Shown in pieces: positions 29,193 to 42,012 of a stretch of DNA of 64,000 nucleotides. Under the pieces are notes generated by a model that saw only the letters and a program-made list of their open reading frames with translations, was not told the DNA's origin and did not search any database. Source of the stretch: the human T2T-CHM13v2.0 reference genome, Homo sapiens. Location: the NCBI RefSeq assembly GCF_009914755.1, contig NC_060941.1; one strand, 5' to 3'. Numbering within the stretch: position 1 is the first letter of the stretch; every line of letters begins with the position of its first letter. The position numbers and the translations under genes are program-made.

Positions 29193-31044
29193 CAGGTGGC
29201 CCCAGGCAGGGAGGCCGGAAGACAGTCCTGCTGACCCGCAGTGCCCACCTCGAAGGCCACGGCAGGGGAGAAACTTAACGTAAGCCAAACGCTGGCCCAC
29301 TGAACAAAGGGAGGCAGAGGAACACTGGGAAACGTATTCTCTATTAGAAGGAAAGATCGAGGACACCCATGAACGGAGGCCCGAAAGCAAGAGGAAAGGG
29401 GCTTACAGGCCGCGAAGTCGGAACCTGCGTGAATAAGGACAGCTGCGGCGCCGCCCCGACACGGACCGTGTTTGCATCCGTGACTTTAAAACGGCTTGAG
29501 GATGGAACCCCATGAACAGTAACACCCCCCACCCACCGGAGTATTCAGGAGTGACTGAGGTCGGGTCTGGGGTTGCTTCGAAAGACTCCGGGTGCTCAGT
29601 GTTGGGAGGGGGGTGAGTACCGTTATGTGACAGTGGTCTCTACCCCTTGGTGTACTTAACATTTTCAACAAAAAAAAACTTTTCTTTGTTTAAAAGCACT
29701 CATGGGTATCTGGAACGCAGCTACAGTGGGGAGCGAGCAACGCCCCAATCCTCAGGCTCTCCGGGGGGTCTGGGGTGCAACTCGAAACCCACCGCTGGTG
29801 ACTCCCACTTCTGGTCACCGTGAAAGAGCTGGACCACTCTCCCTCCTCAGACAACTAGAAAATCACACAGAATCTGTGAAATGGAGGTGTTCAGGCACTG
29901 GACGCAGGGCAGGATGGTGACGCCCGAGAGGAGAAGCCGGCTGATTCCAGTCTGGGACCGAGGGGGGTGGAACGAGGCCTCAGAACAGCCTCGTTTTCAC
30001 GCTGCCCATGTCACACACGAGCATGGAAACGTACGCTCTAGTACTTCCTGCGGTTTCTGTCTTCTCATCACCGGGGTTTGGTGCCCAGCATTTCCGCTCC
30101 ATCCCGACCGATGTGCACTCCTGTTTTCCGTTTCCCAAGCTCCTCCTGCCCTGGGGCTTGGCTGGAGGTTCCCACAGGTGGTGGCAGTGGGTGGTCACCA
30201 TGCGACCCGGGCCACCTCTGGTTACGTGGAGGGCATCAGGTGTTTTCCGTTGCTCCCCGAGTAATTCCGTAATTTTAAAAAAGCACGTGCTGTTTGTACC
30301 TAAAATCCTTTATTTCTATAAAAACAAGCCACGCGTGGCCTTTCCTTTCCCGGCTCCCAGGGCTGAACTCCCCTGCCTCCTCCTGGGGTCCCTTCTGCTT
30401 CTCCCCCAGGCTGCGAGTCTGTGAGTCCCATCTCACACCTTCCTCAGTTTGCTTCCTAATTTTAGGGACTGGCTCCAGCAAAGCCCCGAGGAAGGTTTTA
30501 TCGGAGATGGATATGTTGAATCTGAATATGAAAAGGTTGTTATATCTCTGCACGTGATTGACACTTTGGTGAGGCATAAAATTCTTAGTTCAAAATCCTT
30601 TCTGTGAGAAATCTGAAACTAGTGTCCTGGTGTCTCCTGGATTCCGCTGCTGTGAGTGAGGAATTCCGGGCTCTTCGATTCCTGCTCCTTGGTGTTCCTC
30701 CCTCTGACTGTGCTTGGGCTCTGAAGCATCCCGACCGTGAACCCGGATGCAGGTCTCATTTCCTGCACGCAACACCAGGTGAGCCCTTCTAATCAGGTCA
30801 CTCGTACTTTTTGGTTCTAGGAAATTTTTCTGTATTTTTCTTAGTTAATTTACTTCCTTCTATTTTTTAAAAAATCTGATTTTGCTATGTTGGACCAGTT
30901 GAAGCTGGGAGTGAAGTTTCTCAGAATGCCCTTCTCAGTACGAATCCAGTTGAGTCTAGAGACAAGGAGGAAGACGCCATTGCTCCCACATGTCAAGGGC
31001 CTGGTGAGTCTTCTCCACAACCCCAGCAATCAGCAGCAGCCCCA

Positions 31045-32435
31045 CCCACTTCCCAATAATCCATGGGCCAAAGAGGAAGTCTCAAAAGAAATCTAAAATG
31101 TATTGACCAAAATGAAAATGGAAGTACATTGAAAACCTGTACAATGCGGCTGATGTAGTATGTAAAGGGAAGTTGCTGGCTCTACATGCTTACATTAAAA
31201 GAGAAGAGAGGTCTGAGGACAAAAAACTCAGCTTCCACATTAGAAAAACCACAAAGGAAGAGCAAAATGACACCCCAAAGCAAGCAGAAAAAAGAAACAA
31301 TCAGGCAGAAATGAATGAAATTGAAAACAGAAAAACAATAGAGGAAAGTCAAACCAAGAGCTGGCTCTTTGAAGAGATTAATAAAATAGATAATAAACCA
31401 AGACTGATAAAAAAGTGAGAGGACCCAAATAACTAATACCTAAAATGAAAGGGGATATTACTACAGGCCTCACAGATACTAAACGCATCACAGAGAATAC
31501 TATCAAATAACCCTAAACACACAAACTGGATAATTTAGAGCAAGTGGATCAATTCCTCAAAAATCGCAAGCTGCCAGAGCTGTAAGTTGCATTATACCAA
31601 GACGAAATAGAGTCTGAACAGTCCTGTAACTTTTAGGTATACGTTTCTGTAAGTTAGCAGTGGACAATTAGAAACCAAAATTAAACACACAGTAGCATGT
31701 ATAATTGCCTAAAACAAATACTTAGGTATAAATCTAACAAATGTACAGGACTTGTACACTAAAAACTACAACATGTGAATGAAGGAAATCGAGGAAAATT
31801 TCAGTGGAGGAAGGGACAAATCGTGAATTGGAAAACTCTATAGTAAAGATGTCAACTCTATACAAATTGATTTATAAGTTTAACTCACTTGCTATGAAAA
31901 TCTCAGCTAGATTCTTTGTAAATATAGGCAAGCTGATTCTAAAATTTATATACAGAGGCAGAAATACTAGAATAGCCAAAAACAAGTTAGAGGAAACACA
32001 TTAACCAATTTTAAGACCTGGTCATCAAGATGATGTTACTGGTGGAGGGACAGACACACAGGTCAATGGACTAGAACAAAGTCCAGGAACAGACAGACCC
32101 ACACTCTGTGGTCAGATGGTTTTTTGACAAGGCCCAGAAGCAACCAGTGGAAGAAGGATTTTCAGCAAAATCAGTGTAGAAACATGTGGGCATTCATAAG
32201 CCAAAACGAACAAACAAAACCCTTGATTTAAACCTCACACTAACTCAGCCTACAAGGACATAGCTCTAAATGTAAAATGTAAAACTATAAAACTTTTAGA
32301 AGAAAATCCTTATGTCCTAGGGTTAGGTGAAGTAGTCTTGGGTGTTGACACTCAAAGCATATTAAAAAAATACATCAAAAAATATCAATTAATTGGACTT
32401 CATCAAAATTAGAAACTTTTGTTCTGTGAAAAATT
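31045..32435 (+). mobile_element. Old L1M ORF2 fragments
   Basis: ORFs 31173..31418 (TKSWLFEEINKID) and 31804..32004 (NSIVKMSTLYKLIYKFN) are degenerate L1 ORF2. Confidence 0.8.
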
Positions 32436-32439
32436 CTAC

Positions 32440-33365
32440 GTGGATGAAAAGGGAAGCCCCCACGTAGAAAAGGCTGTTTTTCCTCTGCTCTCCCACCACA
32501 ATGTGCGGGTCTGTTCTCCATACACCAAGCAAACCATCAGTTCTGGAGTAGACACCAGTCAGGCATCCTCTAACTCAATCCCAACACCATCTACCTGGAG
32601 ACAGCCTCAGACCCCCCCGGGTGAGGGCTCAGTCCCCGTGACCCCTTCTCTTCAACTTCCAATGCCAACTGAAGTCCCAGGCTGTTTGACCCTCCAGCTA
32701 TAAATCGGGGTTCCCACAACCTCTTCCTTGGATTCAGTTAATTTTCTAGAGGGACCCACAGAATTCAGGGAAACACTTACTTACACCTACCAGTTTATTA
32801 AAAAGAATGTTATTCAAGGATACAGATGAAGAGATGACGGGGAAAGGTATGGGGGAAGTGGTGTAGATGGTCTAGGTCCTCTTGGGGCCCAACACCCTCC
32901 AGGACCCTGCATGTGTTCAGCCATCTGGAAGTCCCCGAGGCTCGTCCCTTTGGGTTACTGTACGAGTTCATGATGTAGGTGTGGTTGCGTAGCTCGTGGG
33001 CCATTGCTGATCACCCTAAGCCTCAACCCCTTTCCCTCCCCGGAGGTTTGGGGGTGGGGCTCAAAGTTCCAACCCTCTGAGCAAATGGCTGGTTCCCCTG
33101 GCAACCAGCCCCCCTCATCCTGCGGTATCTAGGGGTGTTCCAAAAATGCCTCATTAACATAAACTCAGGTGTGTTTGAAGGAACTTGTAAACAAAAGACT
33201 CTTCCAGCTTTATCTTTCAGAAGTTACTTCAGAAACCAAGGACAAAAGGCTCAATACTTTAAAAGATATTCTTATTGCTCTAGTTACTTAGGAAATAATT
33301 ACAGGGGGTCAGAGTCAGGAATCCTGGATAAAACGCCAAATCCATGATCCTAGTTCCAGCCACAG
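32440..33365. mobile_element. ERV LTR, MER21-like
   Basis: Motifs cacaccaagcaa...gacaccag...atctacctggaga...gagggctcagtccc and cagggaaacacttactta...ccagtttatta recalled from MER21. Confidence 0.7.
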
Positions 33366-33475
33366 ATCAGGAGGAAATGAGGTAGGCCCTTTAGCAATAC
33401 AGGGTTTAGGGTGACCCACTCCCCATGCAGCCGAAAATCCACGTATAACCTTGGACTCCCCCAAAACTTAAGCAC

Positions 33476-33948
33476 TGAGAAACAAAAGTGGCTCAGAGGA
33501 GTCGGCGCCACGCGAGGTATTCACCAGCCCCAGCGGAGCTGCGAGGGTGAGACCTGCATCATGCCTCCCCCGCCGCACCCATGTGGGGCCAACTGTTTAA
33601 AGGCATTTGTCTTCCTTTCCTTCCCTGTTGTTTCCAGGCTGGCTGAAAAATCACAAGAAATGTTACACAAGTTAGACAATGTGACCTTCACCCATTATCT
33701 TCATGCTCCTGGAATCTGTGATGCAAAGAACCATCTACAGCCAGTCAATAGCTTATGTTATTTTAATGAACCAGTGTGGGAACTTGCCCCTTCTTTCTTT
33801 CTTTCAAACCCACTGTAACTGCTGCTAACTGGAGCATATGTTCAGAGCCACCTGAATCTACGTCCCCCAGGATGCCGTCCTCAAACGTGGCCCAAATAAA
33901 CCCTCCACGTGTACTAACTTTGCCTCAGCATCTTTCTTTAGGTTGACA
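33476..33948 (+). mobile_element. Solo ERV1 LTR (MER4-group, MER34/MER39-like)
   Basis: TG...CA termini (tgagaaac...tttaggttgaca) and AATAAA at about 33895. It splits the Tigger3-like element. Confidence 0.7.
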
Positions 33949-34144
33949 TGGCTGAGAGCCTACTGTTGACCGGATGCCTTACCAATAACATAAACAGGTG
34001 ATCAACATTGTCCTGTACATTCTGTACGTTTTGTGTATTATATACCGTATTCTTACAATGAAGTAAGCTGGAGAAAAGAAAGTGTTACTAAGAAAATCAT
34101 AAGGAAGAGAAAACACATTGACTATTCATTAAATGGAAGTGGAT

Positions 34145-34345
34145 CATCACAAAGGCCTCCAACCTTCTCACCTCTGTGGTGATGGGCCGAGCGGGTGGAG
34201 GAGCCTCCATCTTTCTCACCTCCGTGGTGATGGGCCGAGCGGGTGGAGGAGCCTCCATCCTTCTCACCTCCATGGTGATGGGCCAAGCGGGTGGAGGAGC
34301 CTCCATCCTTCTCACCTCTGTGGTGATGGGCCGAGTGGGCCGAGG
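34145..34345. repeat. 51-bp tandem repeat x4
   Basis: gcctccatccttctcacctc(c/t)gtggtgatgggccgagcgggtggagga. Confidence 0.92.
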
Positions 34346-34589
34346 AAGGAGGGTTCTTGCTGTCCTGGGTGTCAGTTCATCTGTGACTTTTTTCAAATTG
34401 TCATAAATCTCCAAAACATTTTCCAATATATTTATTTTTAAAACTCGTGTGTAAGTGGACTCCCAGTTCACACTCATGTTATTCAAGGATCAAATGTACT
34501 TGCAAGTTTTATCTCCAATGGAGGTCTTATGTCCAGAAGAAAACGCTCAGATTCAACAACAAAACCAGTAATGTAATTGGAAAATGAGC

Positions 34590-34845
34590 CCACAAAAGGG
34601 CCTCACGGAGATCCTCGTCCCTCCCACCACGTGAATGGGATTAGAGCCCATGAAAAGACCCCACGGAGATCCTTGTCCCTCCCTCCACGTGAGGACACGG
34701 TGAGAACCAGGAATCAGGCCTCACAGAGACCAAATCTGGTGCCTTGATCTGGGACTCCAGCTTCCAAAACGGTGGAAACAGATGTTTGTAGTTTATAAGC
34801 CACCCAGTTTACGGTATTTTTGTCCTAGCAGCCTGGACAGACTAG
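34590..34845 (+). mobile_element. MaLR LTR fragment (MLT1/MST-like)
   Basis: ccacgtgaggacacggtgagaa...gccttgatctgggactccagcttcca...tttataagccacccagttta. Confidence 0.7.
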
Positions 34846-35059
34846 GGCAGGTCAGGAGAAAATGTGACTCTAAAGGCAGTTTCTCCGGGTGATGGGACCC
34901 TCGATGTCCTGATTGTCGTGTTGATCTGGAAACATGGGGACGTCTCACAGAACTCCCTCCACCAAGAATAAGTGAACTGCATGGGGTCTGTGGCTGCCAC
35001 ATCGTATCCACGTGGAGTTTCTGGTTTGGGTCCTTGTTCTCTGGTTATATAAGATGTTA

Positions 35060-35479
<420 letters not shown>

Positions 35480-35904
35480 TTAATTGGGTAGACTTTGTCA
35501 AAATGACTCTACCATCCTGGGGGGAAGCAGTTTTTCATGCAGACTTCGCCAGAAGCCTGACCTCCACGTGGACTCAGTGTGACACATTCTCAGAGTCCAT
35601 TTTAAACACTCGGGCACGCGTTAGAGACACACATTCCCAGCCCCACACAGAACCATGAGATCAGAAACTACGAAGAGTGGGTCTCATTTTTCTCACTTCT
35701 CATTCCTGCCGACCTGTGGCAGGTGCCGTTCAGATGCTGGGGGAAGGAAAGGAACAGCTCAGCAATGGTGACAGGATGGGCGCCGCCAGGAACAGTCGCA
35801 CAGCAGATGCTCCGTGGGGGCAGCGGCTCCCGTTATGCAGCCCTAGAGCGGGCAGGGGCACCAGGCAGGGCAGGGGCCCCGGGGCGGAGGAGGGTGTCCA
35901 AGTG

Positions 35905-37260
35905 CTGAGGACTGAACTGTGTGCCTCAGATTAACGGGTTGAAGCCCTAACTCCCAATGTGACTGTATTTGGAGATGGGCTTTTAAGGAGGTAGCTAAGG
36001 TTACGTGAGTCCCAAAGGTGGGGCCCTGGACTGTTGTCCTTATAAGAAGAGGAAGAGACACCAGCAGTGAGCACACAGGGAGAGGCCACATGAGCACACA
36101 GAAGAGAGGCCATATGATCACGCAGGGGAGAGGCCACGTGAGGATGTGGGGGAGGGGAGAGGCCACGTGAGCACACAGAAGAGAGGCCATATGATCACGC
36201 AGGGGAGAGGCCACGTGAGCACACGGGGGAGAGATGATGTGAGCACACGGGGGAGAGGCCACGTGAGGACGTGGGGGAGGGGAGAGGCCACGTGAGCACA
36301 CAGAAGAGAGGCCATATGATCACGCAGGGGAGAGGCCACATGAGGACGTGGGGGAGGGGAGAGGCCACGTGAGCACACAGGAGAGAGGCCATATGATCAC
36401 GCAGGGGAGAGGCCACGTGAGGACGTGGGGGAGGGGAGAGGCCACGTGAGCACACAGGAGAGAGGCCATATGATCACGCAGGGGAGAGGCCACGTGAGCA
36501 CACGGGGGAGAGATGATGTGAGCACATGGGGGAGAGGCCACGTGAGGACGTGGGGGAGGGGAGAGGCCACGTGAGCACACAGAAGAGAGGCCATATGATC
36601 ACGCAGGGGAGAGGCCACATGAGGACGTGGGGGAGGGGAGAGGCCACGTGAGCACACAGGAGGCCATATGATCACGCAGGGGAGAGGCCACGTGAGCACA
36701 CGGGGGAGAGGCCATGTGAGGATGTGGGGGAGAGGCCACGTGAGCACACGGGGAGAGGCCACAGAAGGATGCAGGGAGAGGCCACGTGATTATGCAGGGG
36801 AGAGGCCATGTGAGCACACAGGGAGAGGCCACAGGAGGACGCAGGGAGAGGCCACAGGAGGATGCAGGGAGAGACCACGTGATTATGCAGGGGAGAGGCC
36901 ATGTGAGCACACAGGGAGAGGCCACAGGAGGATGCAGGGAGAGACCACGTGATTATGCAGGGGAGAGGCCATGTGAGCACACAGGGAGAGGCCACAGGAG
37001 GACGCAGGGAGAGGCCACAGGAGGATGCAGGGAGAGACCACGTGATTATGCAGGGGAGAGGCCATGTGAGCACACAGGGAGAGGCTACAGGAGCGTGCAG
37101 GGAAAGGGTGCCATCTGCAAGCCACAGAGAGGCATGAGGAGGAACACACCCTGCCAGCAGCCTGAGCTTGGACCTCCAGACCCAAGAACTTTAAGAACAC
37201 AAATGTCTGTTGTTTAAGCTGCCCTGTCTGTAGTGTTCCTTTATGGGGGCCTGAGCTGGG
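35905..37260 (+). mobile_element. MLT1A-like MaLR LTR carrying an internal minisatellite of about 1 kb (about 36068-37095)
   Basis: LTR 5' part (gttgaagccctaactcccaatgtgactgtatttggagat...ccttataagaagaggaagagacacca) and 3' part (gccatctgcaagcca...tctgttgtttaagc) flank an array built from gagaggccacgtgagcacac. Confidence 0.88.
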
Positions 37261-39641
37261 ACGGCGGGGAAGCAGGGATCCCCCCAGGAGACGTGCAGGG
37301 CAGCAGGGGTCCGCGTCACACCACTGTCTGCCTTCCCTTCTTGGTGAGTGCGGCCCACCCCGGGTAGCTAGAGCAGGAGCATGCATCTCAGCCCTGTCCA
37401 CTTCCTTCAAGCTGCCAGGACCTCTGAGTCCCCTTCGTGGCCCTGCTGGGACCCCCTCCCTCGAGTTTCCAGAAGGGCCCAAGGCAACCTGGGAAGCCGG
37501 GTGGCGGTTCTGCCCATGCCTCCCCTTTGGGCCTCCCTGGAATCAGGAGATGCAGCCCCCTGGGGAAGGGACAGAAGGTACAAAGAGGGCCTGTCTCAGA
37601 CAGGGGCGCTTTCAGGCAGGCACCACCCCAGGCCACTGGCATAGACAACTTTCACCTTTCGGTTTGTTTAGAATTAGCAGTGTTAATTTTACACAGCTCT
37701 GATTTAACGTTGTATGTGGTGACTATCCCATCAGGCATGTCAAACAGACACATCAAAAGTCAAATCAAAATATGCCACTTCCCACATCACAAATGTGACT
37801 CAGACAATGAACATAAAACTTGACTTGGTGGCTGAGTTACCTTATTAAAATAGTTGGAAGTGATTTCTGTTAATGTAACAGCTGAGAAATGGTTTAAATG
37901 AGATCTCTTCTTTGAACTTCACACGTTAATTCCCACTAACTTGCTAAAGGAAAATTCTATCTAAGAGGACCTACCTGATTTATTTGTTATGACTGGGTCT
38001 TCATGTTACCCCTCGATTCGGAACATGAATTTCTGGTTCAAAGTGTGCCTCCTCCACTTCAATTACATCCTTGGTGTTTAGTGGCACCGTTTTCACGTGA
38101 CTCCTGCTACCCGAGAATCAAAAGCAGCAGAAGCCCGTGCTCAGCAGGTCCTGAGGCTGCGGCGACCCCACGCCTCCCACTGCCCTAATACGCGGGACTG
38201 AATCTCCAAAGAGGAAAACCAAAATCAGGAGCCCAGAGTTGATCGGAGGCCAAAAGCTTCCACAATGAATATGGAATTTTTACTTCCCAGTTAAGAAGAA
38301 GAGAGGCCTTATGAGGTTTTCCATTTCCCTGCCCCGTGAGACAGCTGGCATTCTTTAAGAAAAGCATTAAAAATCGTGTATTCCAGGAAAGTGTGTGTCC
38401 CTGAAGAAGTGGCACATCCCAGAATCTCTGAACTCTGGTGATGGGAGGACCCAGGAGGGCTCCTCAGGAGGGTCCGGGCCTGTTCTCTGTGCACTCCAAG
38501 TGCTGAGTGCCTGGGATCAAAGCCCTCATGCTGTCTTCAGGAGCCCTGCTCAGAAACCTGACACCGGGCCAGGAGCTCAGGGCGAGGGACTCTGCACACC
38601 CTTTCAACGTGGGGGACCCTCTCCGCTTCCCAGCCAGGAAGCTGCACCAGACACTCACAAAGGTGACTTTGTGCCCGTGAACTCGGCTGCAGCCCACAGT
38701 TTGGGCTTGCTGCCGCCGGTGCAGACAGGAAATAGCTGCTCTGCGGCAGCCCGACCCCGTGGCCACAGAGCAGCCTCTGTTCCTTGGTAATCGTCAACAT
38801 CTGGCAGGCACCTCCACGCCCCTCCGCCCTCACCACACGCTGCTGGCTGGAGGCTCCCGTGCAATGCCAGGTGTGTTGGGAGAGGACAGGCTATACCCAC
38901 AAGCTGGGCTGGAAGTAAGGAAATCGCTTTAAAAGCAGGAAAACAAATTCGCTTCCCCACGCTTTAACCACTGGTACCTGTAAGAGGCCATCAATGGAAT
39001 ATTCATCTTCTCCAAATGTAAAAAGTAAATCTAAATGGAAGAAGGTCTTTTTCTTCCCCCGCTTTTCCGCGTGACACAGGATGTTATGGAATAGAACTTG
39101 AAAGCTGGTGAAGCAGATTTGATGCGGAAAGCAAAGCTCATCAAGGAACCCTGATCACTGTGAACTCACTTAATGGAATAGTTGATGCCGTCATCATAAA
39201 CAGCACCAACGTTAGAAGCCAGTGATCCTTATACTAAGGTTTCAGTTTTACTGCAGATCAAAATTACATTTTCAAAATTCAGAAAGCATTTCATTACATG
39301 GTGCGATCACAAGAAATCCGTAATGTTGGGGCGTATTACTCCCACAACCTCGCTATTAGAGGTGGACGTCCTGGCACCCCTCATGGGGTGCAGAGCACCT
39401 TTCTCCTCTTGGACTGAGGTGTGCAGCTGGCTGCCCCCGCTCCTCCCTGTCCCACTAACCTGACCATACCCCCACGAGGCAGAGTGCCTTTCTCCTGCCC
39501 TGGAGTGGGGCTGACACAGTCTCGAACACCATAATCCAGGATGTTGAAATCCTGAAAGATCAAAATCCCTAAAGTCTAAAATCCCCCAAATCACAATCCT
39601 GAAAAATGTAGTTCTTGAAAAAATAATTTTAAAAATTCTTT

Positions 39642-39750
39642 ACCCCATTTACCCTAATATAGTTATTACACTTTGCATGCCTTTATCAAAATATCTCATG
39701 TGCTCCATAATTATATACACCTACTATGTGTCCATAAAAATTTAAAAAAT
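39642..39750 (+). mobile_element. Short L1MA 3'-end fragment
   Basis: accccatttaccctaat...aaaatatctcatgt...cctactatgt resembles 50664-50760. Flanked by the direct repeat aaaaattcttta. Confidence 0.7.
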
Positions 39751-40072
39751 TCTTTATCTCAAATGTTAGCGAGAAAAAGGAAAAAATAAATAATGATTTG
39801 AAAGACATTTGCTTACAATTTTAAAAAGAAGACTTATTTGAGAAATGTACAAAAACATGACAGCATGCTTCATAGGCCACTTTACACAATAAAACAGACA
39901 ATACTAACACACACATTTTTACAAGCATAAACACTCAAGTACACTAATGACAGTCACATGGGTATAACGGTTAATGAGCAGATGAACCGTATTCATAAAG
40001 AAATAGCTCCTGTCATCTGAAATATTCTGTTGGACAACCTAAGTCTTTGGACAAGATCCATCAAAAACCATG

Positions 40073-42012
40073 ATGGTTGTATATGTGTGGTTTTATTTCT
40101 GAGATCTCTATTCTGTTCTGTTGGCCTATGTGTCTGTTTTTGTACCAGTACCATGCTGTTTTGGTTACTGTAGACTTGTAGTATAGTTTGAAGTCAGGGA
40201 GTGTGATGTCTCCAGCTTCGTTCTTTTTGCTTAGGACTGTCTTGGTTATACAGGCTCTTTTTCAGTTCTACATGAATTTTAAAGTAGTTTTTTCTAATTC
40301 TGTGAGGAATGTCAATGGTAATTTAATGGGAATAGCATTGAATCTATAAGTTACTTTGGGCAGTATGGCCATTTTCATGATATTGATTCTTCCTATCCAT
40401 GAGCATGGAATATTTTTCCATTTGTTTGTGTCCTCTCTTATTTCCTTGAGCAGTGGTTTGTAGTTCTCCTTGAAGAGGTCCTTCACCTCCCTTGTTAGCT
40501 GTATTCCTAGGTATTTTATTCTCTTTGTAGCAATTGTGAATGGAAGTTCATTCATGATTTGGCTCTCTGCTTGTCTACTGTTGGTGTATAGGAATGCTTG
40601 TGATTTTTGCACATTGATTTTGTATCCTGAGACTTTGCTGAAGTTGCTTATCAGCTTAAGGAGCTTTTGGGCTAAGATGATGAAGTTTTCTAAATATAGG
40701 ATCATGTTGTCTGCAAACAGAGCTTCGACAAACCTGACAAAAACAAGTAATGGGGAAAGGATTCCCTGTTTAATAAATGGTGCAGGGAAAACTGGCTAGC
40801 CATATGCAGAAAACTGAAACTGGAGCCCTTCTTTACACCTTATACAAAAATTAACTCAAGATGGATTAAAGACTTAAATGTAAAACCCAAAACTACAAAA
40901 ACCCTACAAGAAACTCTAGGCAATACCATTCGGGACATAGGCATGGGAAAATATTACATGACAAAAACATCAAAAGCAATTACAACAAAAGCAAAATTGA
41001 CAAATGGGACCTAATTAAACTAAAGAGCTTCTGCACAGCAAAAGAAACTACACCATCAGAGTGAACAGACAAGCTATGGAATGGGGGAAAATTTTTGCAA
41101 TCTGTCCATCTGACAAAGGTCTAATATCTGGAATCTACAAGGAACTTAACTTTACAAGAAAAAACAAACAACCCATCAAAAAGTGGGCAAAGGACATGAA
41201 CAGACACTTCTCAAAAGAAGACATTTAGGCAGCAACAAACATATGATAAAAAGCTCAACATCACTGATCATCAGAGAATTGAAAACCAAAACCACGAGAT
41301 ACCACCTCAAGCCAGTCAGAATGGCGATTTTTTAAAAATCAAGAAACAACAGATGCTGGCAAGGCTGTGGAGAAGTAGGGATGCTTTTACACTGTTGGTG
41401 GGAATGTAAATTAGTCCAACCATTGTGTAAGACAGTGTGGTGATTCCTCAAGGATCTACAACCAGAAATGCCATTTGACCCAGCAATCCTACTACTGGTA
41501 CATACCCAAAGGAATACAGATCATTCTATTATAAAGGTACATGCACGCGTATGTTCACTGCAGCACCATTCACAATAGCAAAGACATGTAATCAACCCAA
41601 ATGCCCATCAATGATAGACTGGATAAAGAAAATGTGGTATACCATGGAATATTATGTAGTCATAAAAATGAATGAGATCATGTACTTTGCAGGGACATAG
41701 ATGGAGGTGGAAGCCATTATCCTCAGCAAACCAAAACAGGAACAGAAACCCAAACACTGCATGTTCTCACTCATAAGTGGGAGCTGAACAATGAGAACAT
41801 ATGGACACGGGGGGAACAACACACACTACGGCCTGTTGTGGAGGTGGGGGAAGGGAGGGCATCAGGAAAAATAGCTAATGCATGCAGGGCTTAATACCTA
41901 GGTGGTGGGTTGATGGGTGCAGCAAACCACCATGGCACAGGTTTGCCTATGTAACAAATGTACCCCCCATTCTGCACATGTATTCTGGAACTAAAAAAAA
42001 AAAAAAAAAAAA
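40073..42012. mobile_element. 5'-inverted L1PA: minus segment about 40073-40722, plus segment about 40723-42012 with poly(A)
   Basis: ORF 40268..40705(-) is L1 RT (MILYLEN...[10 protein letters not shown]). Orientation switches at ctgcaaacagag|cttcgacaaacc. Poly(A) at 41993-42012. Confidence 0.94.

Larger units (their letters stand above)
33382..34496. mobile_element. Tigger3/GOLEM-like DNA transposon, interrupted by an LTR and a 51-bp tandem repeat
   Basis: gaaaatccacgtataac...gactcccccaaaactta continues at 33957 as agcctactgttgaccgga...ccttacc. It ends ttcaaggatcaaatgta. Confidence 0.75.
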
